Source: Sarea resinae
Lineage: Eukaryota
Length of the DNA: 48,044 nt
NCBI GenBank assembly: GCA_026026165.1
Contig: JAPEUD010000035.1
Coordinates: 186,001-234,044, forward strand
Direction: 5' to 3'
Position numbers and translations under genes: made by a program. Of the stretch, positions 25,918-38,838 are shown piece after piece; position 1 is the first letter of the stretch, and every line of letters begins with the position of its first letter. Under the pieces are notes generated by a model. That model ran no database searches, was not told the origin of the DNA, and saw only the letters and a list, made by a program, of their open reading frames with translations.

Positions 25918-27186
25918 ATGCCAATCATTACGCTTCAGCCACCCCAGAAGCGCACGGCCCAGCAGCTCAGCGAATACGCTGAGCATATACGAGCCAATCG
26001 CACATTAAACAAAGAATGTGAGGGCTATACTTTGAAAGGTGACAAGAAAGACATAATAAGCGCAGTTCAAAGATGGGAGCACGCCCAGGAGAACATGGAC
26101 CTTCGTCAGATCAGCGGACACTGTATGGCTTGGTTCAACGATTGCAAAATTCCGCAGCAAATCGAGCGCTACAACAACGATGCCGTCACGAAGTCGAAGC
26201 CTCAACACTTCACCTACATCCCGAGCTACGCAGACCGTCGGCACCTGTGCATTCAAGACGAGAGGGGAATGATCCTCGCATATCGAGTCCGGCTGCTCCC
26301 TTCGGAGCTGGAAATGCTCGTCACGGCCGACAGCTGGAACCCCTCTGCAGAATTCGCAGATCCTTTCACTCCAACACCGCCCGAAACGCCCGTCGTCCGG
26401 CACTGGGCTCTTCTATCGACTTCACGGAGAGACTTTCCGCATTACTCGACAGACTACAATCAAGACGCACTGAATGGGGCCAGGTGGTGGCTCGATAGGC
26501 TCGACGAACTATTCGACTCGTTGCCCAACGTACTGTGGAATGTGGCGCCGGAGATCTATGGTCGATTCGTCGGCCTCAAGGTTTGGGATCTTCTAGACGA
26601 ATCCAAATCCGGTCGTCGCCCTCTATGCGGCGCGTGGCACGGCTGCACTCTCACCCAAGGACAAACTTCAGACGGCGTGCCTCGTCTCAACGCGAACGAT
26701 CACCATATTGGCTACAATTGCCTCACGGGCTGGGGCTCCTTTGAATCTTCCCGCCTTCGCCTATGGCAGTTAGGTGTAGATATCGAGGTACAACCGGGCG
26801 ATGCGGTCTTATACCTTGGCCGGATTATCACTCACAACATCGTCGCTATAGGGCCTCGAGGGTCCCAGGGGAACTTTTTAGAATGCGGTACATATGACAG
26901 CAACATTCTATGGGCAAATGACCACAAGAAGGACATCATCGTGGAGTCGAAGTGGGTAGAGAAGGCTAGTCGAGACGAGGATGGGCCGGCCTCTAAACGT
27001 GGAAAGCTTACGGAGGAGCCTGCCACGGAGCATACCCCATCCAGTTCGATGGATTGGCCCACGGAAAATATGGAGGTAGACACCGAGGAAGAAGACATCA
27101 GTGGCCATCTGAAGACCGAATTCAGTTTTGACGACGATGCTGCAGACTACGACTACGGCCACGGGCCAAAGAGAAAGAGAACTTGA
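25918..27186 (+). CDS. Intronless 422-aa protein with a TET/JBP-like 2OG-Fe(II) dioxygenase fold, apparently lacking the HxD motif; acidic tail and basic C-terminal NLS-like end
   Basis: The segment GAWHGCTL..GQ...GVPRLNANDHHIGYNCLTGWGSFESSRLRLWQLGVDIEVQPGDAVLYLGRIITHN follows the fungal TET/JBP-like pattern (PHxD..D..G..C....G.F.GG.L.LW.L....E..PG......H.). The protein ends GPKRKRT. Confidence 0.7.
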   Translation: MPIITLQPPQKRTAQQLSEYAEHIRANRTLNKECEGYTLKGDKKDIISAVQRWEHAQENMDLRQISGHCMAWFNDCKIPQQIERYNNDAVTKSKPQHFTYIPSYADRRHLCIQDERGMILAYRVRLLPSELEMLVTADSWNPSAEFADPFTPTPPETPVVRHWALLSTSRRDFPHYSTDYNQDALNGARWWLDRLDELFDSLPNVLWNVAPEIYGRFVGLKVWDLLDESKSGRRPLCGAWHGCTLTQGQTSDGVPRLNANDHHIGYNCLTGWGSFESSRLRLWQLGVDIEVQPGDAVLYLGRIITHNIVAIGPRGSQGNFLECGTYDSNILWANDHKKDIIVESKWVEKASRDEDGPASKRGKLTEEPATEHTPSSSMDWPTENMEVDTEEEDISGHLKTEFSFDDDAADYDYGHGPKRKRT

Positions 27187-28391
27187 CGACATAGGACCGC
27201 CCGAATTGTGTTTAGCTCAAACAGGAACTGATCAAGAGCTCGTAATTTGTACTAACATTCATGGCGTGGAATCTGCCCGTTCAGGCAGGACGCTTGGCGA
27301 TCGTTCCATGTTGCCGGTCAAGTCGCTTAAGTTTGGGTCTAAGAGAACGACCTGGAGCTAAGGATTAGGAATAGGGGGAAAGGACAAGATCGCGAGTAGC
27401 GAGAACGTCACATTGCTTCTTATGGCTCTTAGTGGTTGTTGTCGCACTGGCTTGTTAGAGCATGCGCGCGACTGCGGCACGCCTATCAAAGGTCTGATAT
27501 CACTTTCCTGTCTTCAACATGCTCCGTCTTACTCTTCTTCAATGGCAGGGTGGGCAAATGTTCGCCCGATATCGTCGGGCGCAGTAACAAGGAGTTTGAG
27601 AGGCATCAAGTGGACGTTTGCTCGCTTTTATTGGCCAGAGCGATAGCTATCTGCTGGGGTCAGGGCTAGAAGATGGAAGGGTCTCCCCCACGCCGAAGAC
27701 GAAAGTGACATGGGATCTTCTCCTACCGCTTCTACGGTACTACGGTCGACGCCGACCGTTCTGATGGCGCAACAGGGATCAATCCCGTGGCGGCGGGATT
27801 GCTCCCACATCCTTATCTCTAGCCGTGATGGGCCATCGAGCACGAAGTACGCCTTCGGATGCCTCTCGCTATGCCTCACGCTATGCCTTTGGCTGTGCAT
27901 CAGGTATCTGCCTGTGTAACAGAAGCGATGTCTCAGGGTATGTGCTCACAGGCTCTCTCTCGATGAATTTCCTTAGGCCGAGGCCATCCCTTGTCGGAAC
28001 ACTTCTGTGAGCGGTTGCAATGCGCAGTACACGCAGCACCCCATTGCTTGAAGCCTGCCCTCAACCCCGCCTCCAGGACAATGATAAGGAGTCGGCAAGT
28101 AACTTGCGGATTGAGGTCTCTACTGCGGTACCCTGCCGCCGCTGCTGCGACCGGGTTGGACATGTAACTCTATCGCGGATCAACAGGATTCCTTGGCTCG
28201 TAATCGAATCGCCATACATATCCAGCACAGCCTATTGATCCCGGACAGTTGGACAGTGCACCCTGCGTCCCAGAACTATGAAAGCCATCCATGTCCACCA
28301 CATGAAGACCGTTCTTGACAATCAAAAGTGATCATCGTACCCAGTCGTTATCACTTTTCCCCGTCATCGTGAGAGCGTACTCATTGCAGTC

Positions 28392-30277
28392 ATGGCTTTG
28401 GAGATGGAACCACCAGCAGAGAAGATGTCCGGCGAAGACCTGTCCGCCCGGGACAAGAAGACTTTCAATGCATCTCCAGACGACACAGAGCTCGAGCTCG
28501 GCGAGATGGAAGACCACGGCGGCGATTCCGGGCTCCATCGTAGTCTCAGCACGCGTCATCTGGTCATGGTCGCCATCGGCTCATCGATTGGAATGGGTCT
28601 CTGGCTCGGGTCGGGAACCTCATTGATTGAAGGTGGTCCCGCCAGCATCTTCCTCGGATACTTTCTCTCTGGCACGATTGTCTGGGCCGTCAACCAATCC
28701 ATTGGTGAATTGGCCGTCTTGTATCCAGTTCCCTCTGCCTTTGTAAGGTGGACCGGCATGTTTGTCGATCCTTCTATGGCGTTTGCCCTGGGATGGGCTT
28801 ATTGGTTCAGCTATCCGATCACTCTGGCCAACGAACTCCAGGTATGATCATCACGATTTTTGAAGTTGTGGAATACTGAAAATGCAACGCGAATCGATAG
28901 GGAGTGTGCACCGTTCTGTCCTTTTGGACGGACAAAGTCCCGATTGCAGGGTGGATCAGCATCTTTGTTGTGGTCATCATTTGCATCAACATCGGAGCCG
29001 TCACGCTGTTTGGTGAATTTGAAGTCGTCGCTTCGTCGATCAAATTCTTCTGGATCATCGTCGTCATCATCTCGGGCATAGGTTGGTGGTCCTCGTTTTG
29101 TCTAGGAAACAGCACTAACACTATCATTACTTGGCACCAGTCATCTCGGCAGGGGGTGCTCCGAAGGGAGGCGCGATCGGCTTCCGCTACTGGAACCAAG
29201 AGCCCTTCCTCCACGGCTTTAAGGGCTTCCTGCGCGTGATGCCGACGTGCATCTTCGCGATGAGTGGCTCCGAAGCCTGCGGCCTGGTCGCGGCCGAGAC
29301 GGCCAACCCACTAAAATCCGTGCCGCGGGCCGTCAAGTCAATCTGGCTCCGCCTGTCGCTCTTCTATCTTCTAGGCGGTCTCATTGTCACCATCACCGTC
29401 TCGCCCAAGGACCCTAACCTTTTCGGTGGTTCCGGCGTCAATGCGTCACCCTTTGTGATTGCCTACCGTAACGCCGGCCTCGAGCCAATGGCGCACATCA
29501 TGAACGCCGTCATTTTCATCTCCGTGCTCTCGTCGGGCTCCGTCTCCGGATACGCGGGGTCGCGCACGATCATGGGTCTTGCCAATCTCAGAATGGCTCC
29601 CGAAGTGGGTCTTTCCTCTCCTCGCCATGCTTGATAGAGCCATCCAACTCCATTCCACTTTATCCCATTTGCATTCACTAACCGCAACTAAGGTGTTCAC
29701 CCGATGCGACAAAACTGGACGACCCTGGTACGGCCTCGTATCCGTCTTCGTCATCGGCGGCGGCCTTGCCTACCTGAACGTCGACCATTCCGGGGCCACT
29801 GTCTTCGGCTGGTTCAGCAACCTGACCTCGCTCTTCACCCTCTTTGGCTGGGGTTGCATCTGCTTGGCCCACATCCGCTTCCGCTGGGCCTGGGCCGCGC
29901 ACGGCCACACACCCGCCGACTTGCCGTGGAAAACGTGGTCCTACCCCTTTGCCGCCTACTGGGGCCTCTTCTGGTGTATCTTGCTGATCATCGTCGAATT
30001 CTACCTCGCCGTCTGGCCACTGGGCGAAAAATCCTCGGCCGAGAACTTCTTCGCCAATTTCGTCTCCGTGCCCGCCATCCTGGTGCTGTACATTGCCGCG
30101 CGCATCTACTATCGCGGCGCCTGGTGGATCAAGGCCGAGAAGGTCGACCTGGTGACCGGAAGGCGGTTCTATTCCCAGAAGAGTATCGAGCAGGCCCGTG
30201 GCGGCGGCCATGGTGGCGGCATCAAGGGGTTCTTCAGGGGCGTGCTGGGCGTTTTCACTAGTGAGTCGAGTTATTAA
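28392..30277 (+). CDS. Amino-acid permease, APC superfamily YAT family (~559 aa; exons 28392-28841, 28901-29081, 29141-29604, 29693-30277)
   Basis: LHRSLSTRHLVMVAIGSSIGMGLWLGSG, IGELAVLYP, FGEFE, IGFRYW, AAETANP, SPFVIA and GRPW. Introns are in frame. Confidence 0.93.
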
Positions 30278-30479
30278 GAGGGAGGGAAGGCAAGGAAAGG
30301 ACGGCGGCTAAGGCGGCGCGGTCACGACGAGAGGAGAAGTTCTAAACGGCTGGTTTTTTTGGCATCTATGTATGTAGTCATACGTTACATAATCTATCTC
30401 GGTCTGAAATGCACGAAGAAGAGGAAGATATAAGTTGCCTAGAGAGAGAGAGAGAAGAGAGAGAGAAAGCACGGGCCCT

Positions 30480-31000
30480 AAATGATGAGACGACTGCTTT
30501 TTATATGTGAAAACATTTCTAAGTGCCTATCTACTTTACTAAGCAAGAAATTCTTTCAAGAGAGAAAATTATACATAAGAAGCACTACTCTATAGTACGC
30601 AGATAGGTAGAGACTACCTAGACAAGCCGGGTTATAGTAGTCTTTTTAGCGCCTGTGGAAAACGGATTTAGTGTAACTATTTACTAGCTCTTACACAATA
30701 TTCACAGATTTAGGTGATTTAAAGTGTAAAAGTTAAGTATTCCAGAGAGAAAGAAATAGAGAGAACAGAAAAGTATAGGTAGAAAGGCAAATTGAACAAG
30801 AGAAGTATCAGCGGGAGATAAGTGTAGAGAGAAAGAGAGAAAGAGCTTTCCAAGGAGCGCTGCTAGATAACAGGCAAATAGGCATAGCCCGGACCAGCTG
30901 GGTTATGACGATATTTTTGGCGCACGTAGGAACAGACTTGCCTATTGACTAGAACTCACAAGCTTTTTTATCTACGTTGAAGAATCTAACACTTATGACT
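30480..31000. mobile_element. Small AT-rich, TpA-enriched island; possible RIP-degraded repeat remnant
   Basis: Abrupt drop in GC between two GC-rich convergent genes, with many TA/TAG/CTA words. No recognisable coding remnant or TSD. Confidence 0.35.
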
Positions 31001-31172
31001 GTTTCATCTGTTGTTCGCCATTTTTAGCTCTTTCTCGCGATCAATCACAAAGGTTGCTTTCTTAAGCGACGAGCTATCAAGCCATTGAATCTAAAAGAAA
31101 AAAGCAACAGGCAGAAGCTGACAGAACACCAGGTATAGTCTTGCTTGCCAAACTCTCCGAAAGAAAAAAAAA

Positions 31173-32480
31173 TCAACCGACGAGATACTCCCACCAGCCT
31201 TTCTTCCACGTCCGTCCGAAGCGATGATTGATACAGGCCTGGGAACTGTTGAACCCCTCGGCGCCACTGTGCCGCTGCCCGTTTCCCCACACGCTGATCG
31301 GTAAGACGAGTAAGCCTCCCATCCCTTGAGCTGCTGCTGCGTTCTCGTCGATCCATAAAGGCTCTCGGAGCGTGTGGAAGGGAGCCCATGTCAGTCGTCG
31401 CTGCGTCGTCGTCGTCGATGTCGTCCCATCTGGAGGCGACAGCGGCAGGGACCCAGGACCGAGAAAGGAGGATTCGGCTCGGATGGAGTGGTTGATCAAG
31501 GGATGGAACGGATCGAGATGCTCCGAAAGAACGTCCAGGACCGCGTCCGTAAAGACGCCCGGACCCGTGACCTCAAGAATCTCCTCCTCGTCGTACCCAT
31601 GTGTGAAGACGCCCGCCTGGTGGCGTCTGGTGTGCGCCAGGACCCTCACGATGGCCCGCCGCAAGATCGGACTGAACCGCCGCGGCGCGAACATGGTGTA
31701 TTGAATGAAACCATAGGTCCGGCTCCAATGCCATTGATGCATCAATCGTGGAGACGCGTACGGCTCGTCGATCTCGATGCCGAGGACAAGGGACGGAAGG
31801 TCTGGCCGCGACCGCAGATCGGGGTCGAATAGCGGGGACAGCGGCGGACACGAAGTTATGGGGACCACGGGAGCGACGTCCGTGTCGGCGTAGTAGCCTC
31901 CATAGTACCACAGAAGCAGGTACCGCAGGAGATCGGCGCGAAGGACGTTGTATGGGTAGGAATTGTAGATGGCCAATAGGTTCGGGATGGCTGAGAGGGT
32001 TTCGGCGAGGAACGTCTGCGCCCAGACATCCGTCACTAACTACAAGGGAATCAGCACGCAGCATTTTGGGTCGAGTATCAAAAAACTCACCGTATACGCC
32101 CAGTCTTTGTTCTGCTCTTCAAACGCGATCGAGTCGGGGCCTCTCGCGTCTTCAGTCCGTTGGATCTGCCAGAGCTGCTTGACTATCCCATCGGTGGCAG
32201 CAGCAGGCGCATTGCTCTCGATCGAGCGTAATGCGTCTTCGAGCTTCGCCTCATAATCGAGATTCGGATCTTGTCGGAATTGCGAATGGTGCAGGAAGTG
32301 AGGGATGAGCTGAACTTCGTGTTCTGGGGCTGGCCTGTCGGCTCTGTCGTTGTTCGCGGTCGGTGGAGGTGAGGGCAGATGATGGTACAGCAGGTAGCCG
32401 AGGGCGGCTAGAATTGTTATTTTCAAGAGGCCTCGTCTTGACACGACGCCAAGGAGCCGCCGATGCTTCAGCGCTCGCAT
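31173..32480 (-). CDS. Glycosyltransferase family 32 (OCH1/HOC1-like, DxD sugar-binding) type II membrane protein (~418 aa; exons 32480-32091, 32039-31173)
   Basis: N-terminal TM anchor, then KQLWQI, VLRADLLRYLLLWYYGGYYADTD, LVLGIEID, FIQYT, ILEVTGPGVFTDAV and CINHRFGRTWK. Confidence 0.9.
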
Positions 32481-35400
32481 CTTGCTCGATGTGTAGCTGG
32501 TGATGATGACTCGGAAAGTCCGAAAGTCAGCGTGAGTGACGAGTCATCATGGCTCCCGATGATCGACGGCTAACGTGCTGACATCCTATCCTGACATGGA
32601 CTCGTATTCCCAGTGACAGGGAGACAGGGCGGAATGAAGGATTTGCACTCTGCCATTATTCGCAAGGATGAGCGCTACGGGAGACTCGAAATATCACAAC
32701 CAAATAGTGCCACGACGGGGTGTTAGTAGCCCGCGTTCCTGCATCCTTTGCTCTTCAAATGAGATACCTTAGTCCTCGGTCGCTACTGTTGGCTGGACGG
32801 TAAGTGCCTTGCAAGAGCTGAATTCTAAATTTGCTCGCTCTACTCCCACGCAACGTTATACTGCTTTCTCTTAGCCCGTTCGCCGCTTTCTGTCCAACAT
32901 GAACCAAACAACTGTATAAGAAAACTATATGCGATGAAGATCTATTTAGGGTTGCTAGACTTCTGCCCGTAAGGCGTGACTGCGAGATACTCAGTCCTAG
33001 CCCTAAGTCGGTCCATTCATATATCTGCCAAGCCCTAGTAATCCTGTCAACATCGGCGTGACTTCGATCCTTGAGAATCAATCTCACAGCTCTATCGACA
33101 ATGGCCACGAAGATGGCAGCGATGCGGGTGTCAACAACATAAGTCGATCGGGCAGATCCGATCGTTTGTGCTGCAGACATTGATATCGCCTCCAGGTTTC
33201 TTGGGGGTCATTCCAGTAGTCCATAGAGAAAATATCATGAGAAACAGATAGTAGATAGTATATAGAAAGTACGCACGCCGACCATGAGGGGTCAATAGCA
33301 ACGGTGGTACTCCGGACCGAAAAGGTACGATCCTTTTGCGATTGGCTGGACGACTTTCAGGCCCAGGATGAATTTCAAGCCCCCGACGTAAGATTTTAGC
33401 GGCAGGAGCAGCGAACGGGTAGGCACGACGTTCTTAAAGTCACGCTGGTCAATTGTAGGATCGGCAAGATCGACAGTCATCAAACGTTATCTCAACGCGC
33501 GACAGAAGTATACCATCTTGACTTTTTCGGGCTGCCCTCGTAGCGCATTCATATATACCGCGGACTTTCTGGAGGTATGCTGCAGCAGGGTATCAGCGTA
33601 GAAGGTGTTCCAGTCCCTGTTATGAGTCAAAGGTCCAGCTGTAAGAACCTCGGTGATATTGTAAGAGGTCTGCAAGGCCGTGGTCTGGTTTCTTTTTTCT
33701 GGCATTCTAACTTCAGAGGTCTCCAACGATATCGATAGAGTGGTATGCTGTGATCAAACTCCTGAATCCAGATGCCAGATGCCAGATGCTAGTGAAGTCG
33801 CGTTAGCTCAATATTAAGACTCTAGCTAGTCACCTAATTGCCTATTTCCTCGTTCTGCTATTGATGTTCGTGCTGAATGACAACAGTAGTGTCTTTGGTC
33901 GAGCTGTGAGATCTGCAAACACGTCTTCTTTGCAGAAATACGATGGACAACAATATGACGATTGGCGGTGCTTGCACACTGCATTCGATATTCGATGTCT
34001 ACATTTCCCTTTGGATTCCACGCTCCGAAATCTCGAGAAATCTGCTCTTTGTGGTTGTTTGTCGAGAGCTTCGTCTGGTGTTGGCAACGAGATCATGCTG
34101 TAAGCAGTCGTGCATGTCGGCAGCGCGATAGTTCTCTTTTCACATAGGAGGATGACGTGGTGATAGTCTGGACGTCGTCTCTGTTCAGCCAACCCGGCGT
34201 GTGATTGATGATCCCATGAGGTCTGGAGGCAGCGGCTAAGTATCGGCGAGCCTCCCTTGGATGTCTAGCTTTGGGAATTGGGGATCTTTCTCGTTGGGTA
34301 GTCCTTCCGTCCTAACCCTTCTTTGGTCGGCCCCTTCTCACCTGAGTGATCGAAAAGGCGGAAAGATTATGTGCAGATCTTAGAGCGAATCTTGGTCTAT
34401 CTACGAGACGAGAAAAAGATCGAAATCTCAAGGTGAAGGTCTCTCAACACATGGGAATTGCTTTCTCCTTACCACCAAGGTTTAGTGATTAGGCGCGAGA
34501 TCCGACTCGAGCCCGGTTTAAAGGATCAATTAGCAAGGATGACATGAACGAGTGGAGATCTGAAAAAGCAAACCTGGAAGGACCTGATCAAGCATCGGAC
34601 ATGACTAGGTATGCTTTGATCTGGCAATCCGCTTTCACGAGTCTACAATGAAAATAACTTATCCACCAGTCATTTCACTGATATCACGATTCTCGGGCTA
34701 GACAGATTCGGGCAGGGAGATAGAGGGTTACATGTCGGAAAGGCCGAGGGTTGGTGTTCTAGAAGGCAACATCTCTTCTACAGCAGTGATTTCGCGTGGG
34801 CGCGGGCCGATATCCGTGGGCAGCCGTGGGCTGGAGGTAGTAATTTTTCTGGGCGGCACAGATCCATGGAAACGGCAGAGATCCAATCCTTGTCGAAGAA
34901 GCAAAGGGACGATTGGGACACCCGAATGCACCTGATCCCCGTCCTTGAACCTCAACCTTGCGAACATCCAAACCACTCAGAGTGCGCGTGTGGGAAGGGC
35001 TGCGTGTTGGCCGTCGGGCTGGCCTGAACTCGATATCAAAGCTGAGGTCTCGAATACGCAGGTGGGTGTGTGTGTGCAGACGATCCGGGTGATGATGATC
35101 CGGGATCTGGAGCTGAGCAGTGCAGAACATCAATGCTATCGGCTAGAATGATGTCGAAGCAATCCATCCTTCCAAGGACGACGACGCTAGGGATCGAGTG
35201 CGATAAGAGGAATGCCCGTTGGACGAGAGAAGACGACCGGGTTGGTTACAGGTGAGATGGCGAACCGAAAGATGTGGGGGGAAAAGGGAAAAGGGAAAAG
35301 AGGGAAAAGCCACTCGGCGCAGGATGTCGTATCGTATCGGCATCTTACCGAGTCCGGTCCAAGTCCCCGTCCGGTCATTGCAGGTGGCTATCGCAGCCAC

Positions 35401-36194
35401 GAGGTACCCGAAGAGTACTGCGCCGTAGCGTTGCATGTCAGATGGACGCCTCTAGGGCTGTCAGAACCATACCAATCCTACCTACCTTAGGTACTGGATT
35501 CATTGGTTGGTGGGATCGTTGATACCCCTGGCCATCAACACACGGCTCGAAGTTTCCTATTTATGTAGTACTCCTGCAAGCTATGGACTGATCTGGCTTG
35601 GAGGAGGTACTGCGCAGTGCGAGGGAAGATATCAGATATATCAGATATCTACTACGGAGTAGGTACCTACTGCTCTGGCGCGCGATTGCGCTGGTGGCGG
35701 TGGCAACCCAGCGAGAAGGTACGCCCCAGTCCATCCGTCGGACAAGAAGGACAAAAGAGGAAGGTTGTCTCCCCCCCCTCCCAAGCATCTTGGCCTCCAG
35801 CTGTCTGGACCCTGTGGTTATCCTGCCTCCTGCCCTTTATCCTATTAGCCCCCCGTGGCCCGTCTCTTCGTAGTACGGACGGTGGAAGCTTGTTCCACGA
35901 TAAGCCTTTTAGTGCTGCGGCACGGCGAGTCAAGGCGACGCCGCACTTGGGCTGGGTTGGTGCTATGTGTAGCTCAGGCAGCTTCCTCTTCCCTTGCCCG
36001 TCTTTGTCCTCGACTCGACCACACGCACACCCTTATCTCTGCTCTTATCTGGAGGCAGCCAACTGGACATGGCCCGAAGGAATGCCACCGACGACCCTGC
36101 TGGATGGGTTCATAAAGGGCCGGGGCCTCCAGATGTGTTGATGCACCCACCACTCGACACATTCCGCCCTTTCGTGTGACCTCCATCATTCACA

Positions 36195-38838
36195 ATGGCG
36201 ACCAAAAGGCCTGGGTTTGCGCGCGTTGACACGGACAGAGGCATTGCCATGGACGACATGGATCATAAGTCCTCTTCCGTCGACATTGGGAAGCCCGGCT
36301 TCATCGATACGGGTGCTAAAGATGGCCTCAAGGTTTCCGAGTCCGCGAGACCGGACTCGTCCGAGGGAGGAGACGAGGTTCAGACGGGGGAGACGATGAT
36401 TGTCTCGACGGCGGAGGATCTGGTGACAAACGTCATCCACGTCGACGATGATCCTTCAATCAACCCATGGACATTTCGCATGTTCTTTCTGGGTACGTTT
36501 TGATCTTCGAACGCTACACAGCAGCTGGTGGTCTAAGAACCGTTTGAATAGGAATCGGCTTCGCGATTTTCGGCTCGGTCTTGCAAGAAATCTTCTACTT
36601 CAAGCCGCAGGTTATCTACGTCTCCGTCGTCTTCTTGACTGTCCTCGCATACATTGCTGGTGAAGCATGGGCCTTTATCATCCCCCGCAAAGGTGCGGTG
36701 GGGAGATTTCTCAATCCGGGTCCCTTCAATGCGAAAGAACATGCTGCGATTGCGCTCATGGCGTCGGCCGGCTCCCAGTCTGCTCTTTCCACTGAAGCAT
36801 TGGCCGCCCAGCAGCTGTTCTATGGGGGATATCCCAGTCATGCCGCCGGTATCTTCATCACACTGTCGTCACAGTTAATTGGATATGGAATCGCTGGGTT
36901 GCTACGAGAAGTTCTCGTCTATCCGACCAAGATGTTGTGGCCCATGAATTTGCCGATTACCTCTCTCCTGGAAACGCTACATAGAGACAAGGTGGAGACG
37001 AAGAAGAGCCTGAAATTCTTCTACATTGTCTTCTTCACTCTGTTCGTCTGGGAGCTTTTCCCGCAGTACATCTTCACCGTCTTGGAAGGTGTATCGATCT
37101 TTTGTCTGGCGAAGCAGAATTCTCTGGTCTTCACGAACCTCTTCGGTGGCGCCTCCGGAAATGAGGGGCTCGGTTTCCTGTCTATCTGCTTCGATTGGAA
37201 TTACGTTGCCGGTCTCGGCTCCCCTCTCTGGTTGCCTCTCTATGCGCTCACGAATAGCTTCATCGGCTACCTCGCATGCATCGTTCTCTTCATGGGTATC
37301 TTCTACGGCAACATTTGGAGATCGCAGGACTTCCCGTTTCTCTCTCAGTTCCTCTTCGACGGCAGCTCGAACTCCACAAACTACGTGGTCTACAATCAGA
37401 CTTCTATCCTCAACTCCAAATTCGAAATCGACCATTCCCTACTGAAAGCCCAGGGGATTCCCTGGCTCACCGGCACCTATGTTGGGTACCTCATCACTAC
37501 GAACATGGGACTTACCGCAACCATCTCGCATATGCTTCTCTGGAACATGGATGACATCAAGGCCGGCTGGAAGTGGGCTCATCCGTCGAACCTGAAGAAG
37601 ATGCTGCGACCAGAATTCTGGACCTTCTGGAAGAATCAAGAGACTCCCGAGGAGCGCTTGGACCGAATTTACAAGGACCCTAGCCTCGATCCCCATTACA
37701 AGCTTATACTTAGGAATTTGTACCCCGAAGTGCCGCGATGGTGGTGGGGTGCCATCCTCCTCGCCTGCTTCATCACCGGTATGACCTGTCTGTATGTGAT
37801 GAAGTCAACCCTGCCCTGGTGGGGATTCATTCTCTCGATTGTCTTGACGACTCTGTTCATGCTATTCTTCGGCGCCCAGTATGGTATCACGGGCTTCCAA
37901 TTCAACGTTCAGCCAGTCTGTCAGATGTTGGCTGGTTATATGTTCCCCGGGAGGCCTTTGGCTAGTAGGTCCTCCATCTCCTCTGTTTTGAGCTCTGACT
38001 GATTAAGCTAGATCTCTATTTCACTTGCTTCACGTACAACGCCCTTCAGATGGGCCAGGTGCTTGCCAAAGATCTGAAGATGGCCCAATACGTCCATCTG
38101 TCGCCACGATGCACATTCACCATTCAAGTCATGGGCTGCACCATCGGCGCCATCTTCAATTGGGTTATGATGAAGACGATTGTCCAAAACCAAGGCCCGA
38201 TCCTCAAGTCGATCCAAGGTACCAACATCTGGTCCGGGCAGAACGTGCAACAGTTCAACACGCTCGCCATCGCCTGGTCCATGGCCAAGGACATGTTCTC
38301 GGTCGGCTCACGCTATCAGTGGGTCACGCTTGCCTACCTCGTCGGCTTCGCCGCGCCGTTCCCATTCTACATCGCGTCCAAGATCTGGCCAAAACGCCGC
38401 ATCTTCAGCTACCTCAATACATCCATCATCTTGTGGTACATGGGCGAACTCTTTGTCGGCATCAACGCGTCCATATTTTGCTATTATATCATCGGGTTCC
38501 TTGCGCAATTCTGGCTCCGACGCTACAAGCCGCAGCTTTTCGTCAAGTATAATTATCTGCTGTCCGCGGCCATGGACGGTGGCACCCAGGTGCTTGTATT
38601 CATCTTGACCTTTGCCGTCTTTGGTGGAAGTGGTAAAGAGAGGCCATTCCCGTAAGTTTCTTCTCTGTCGTCTTTCTACCTACTTGCTGTACTTGTCCGC
38701 TTTCCTCTCGAAAATCGTTCTCGTTATCTCATCAGCCACTAACCTTTATTTCGCGCTTCTAGGACTTGGGCAGGCAATCCCGATGCCGACGTCCACAACA
38801 TCGACTACTGCATGGTCAATCCGGCTAACGGAGGCTGA
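36195..38838 (+). CDS. OPT-family oligopeptide transporter (~808 aa; exons 36195-36492, 36552-37964, 38012-38651, 38763-38838)
   Basis: DDDPSINPWTFRMFFLG, LNPGPFNAKEH, SSQLIGYGIAGLLR, WELFPQYIF, DPHYKL..YPEVPRWW, PGRPLANLYF, DLKMAQYVHLSPR and KYNYLLSAAMDGG. Confidence 0.95.

Noticed and set aside
29678..32256. Multiple long overlapping or antisense ORFs over the permease and GT32 genes
   Set aside because: Expected by-products of high-GC3 codon usage.
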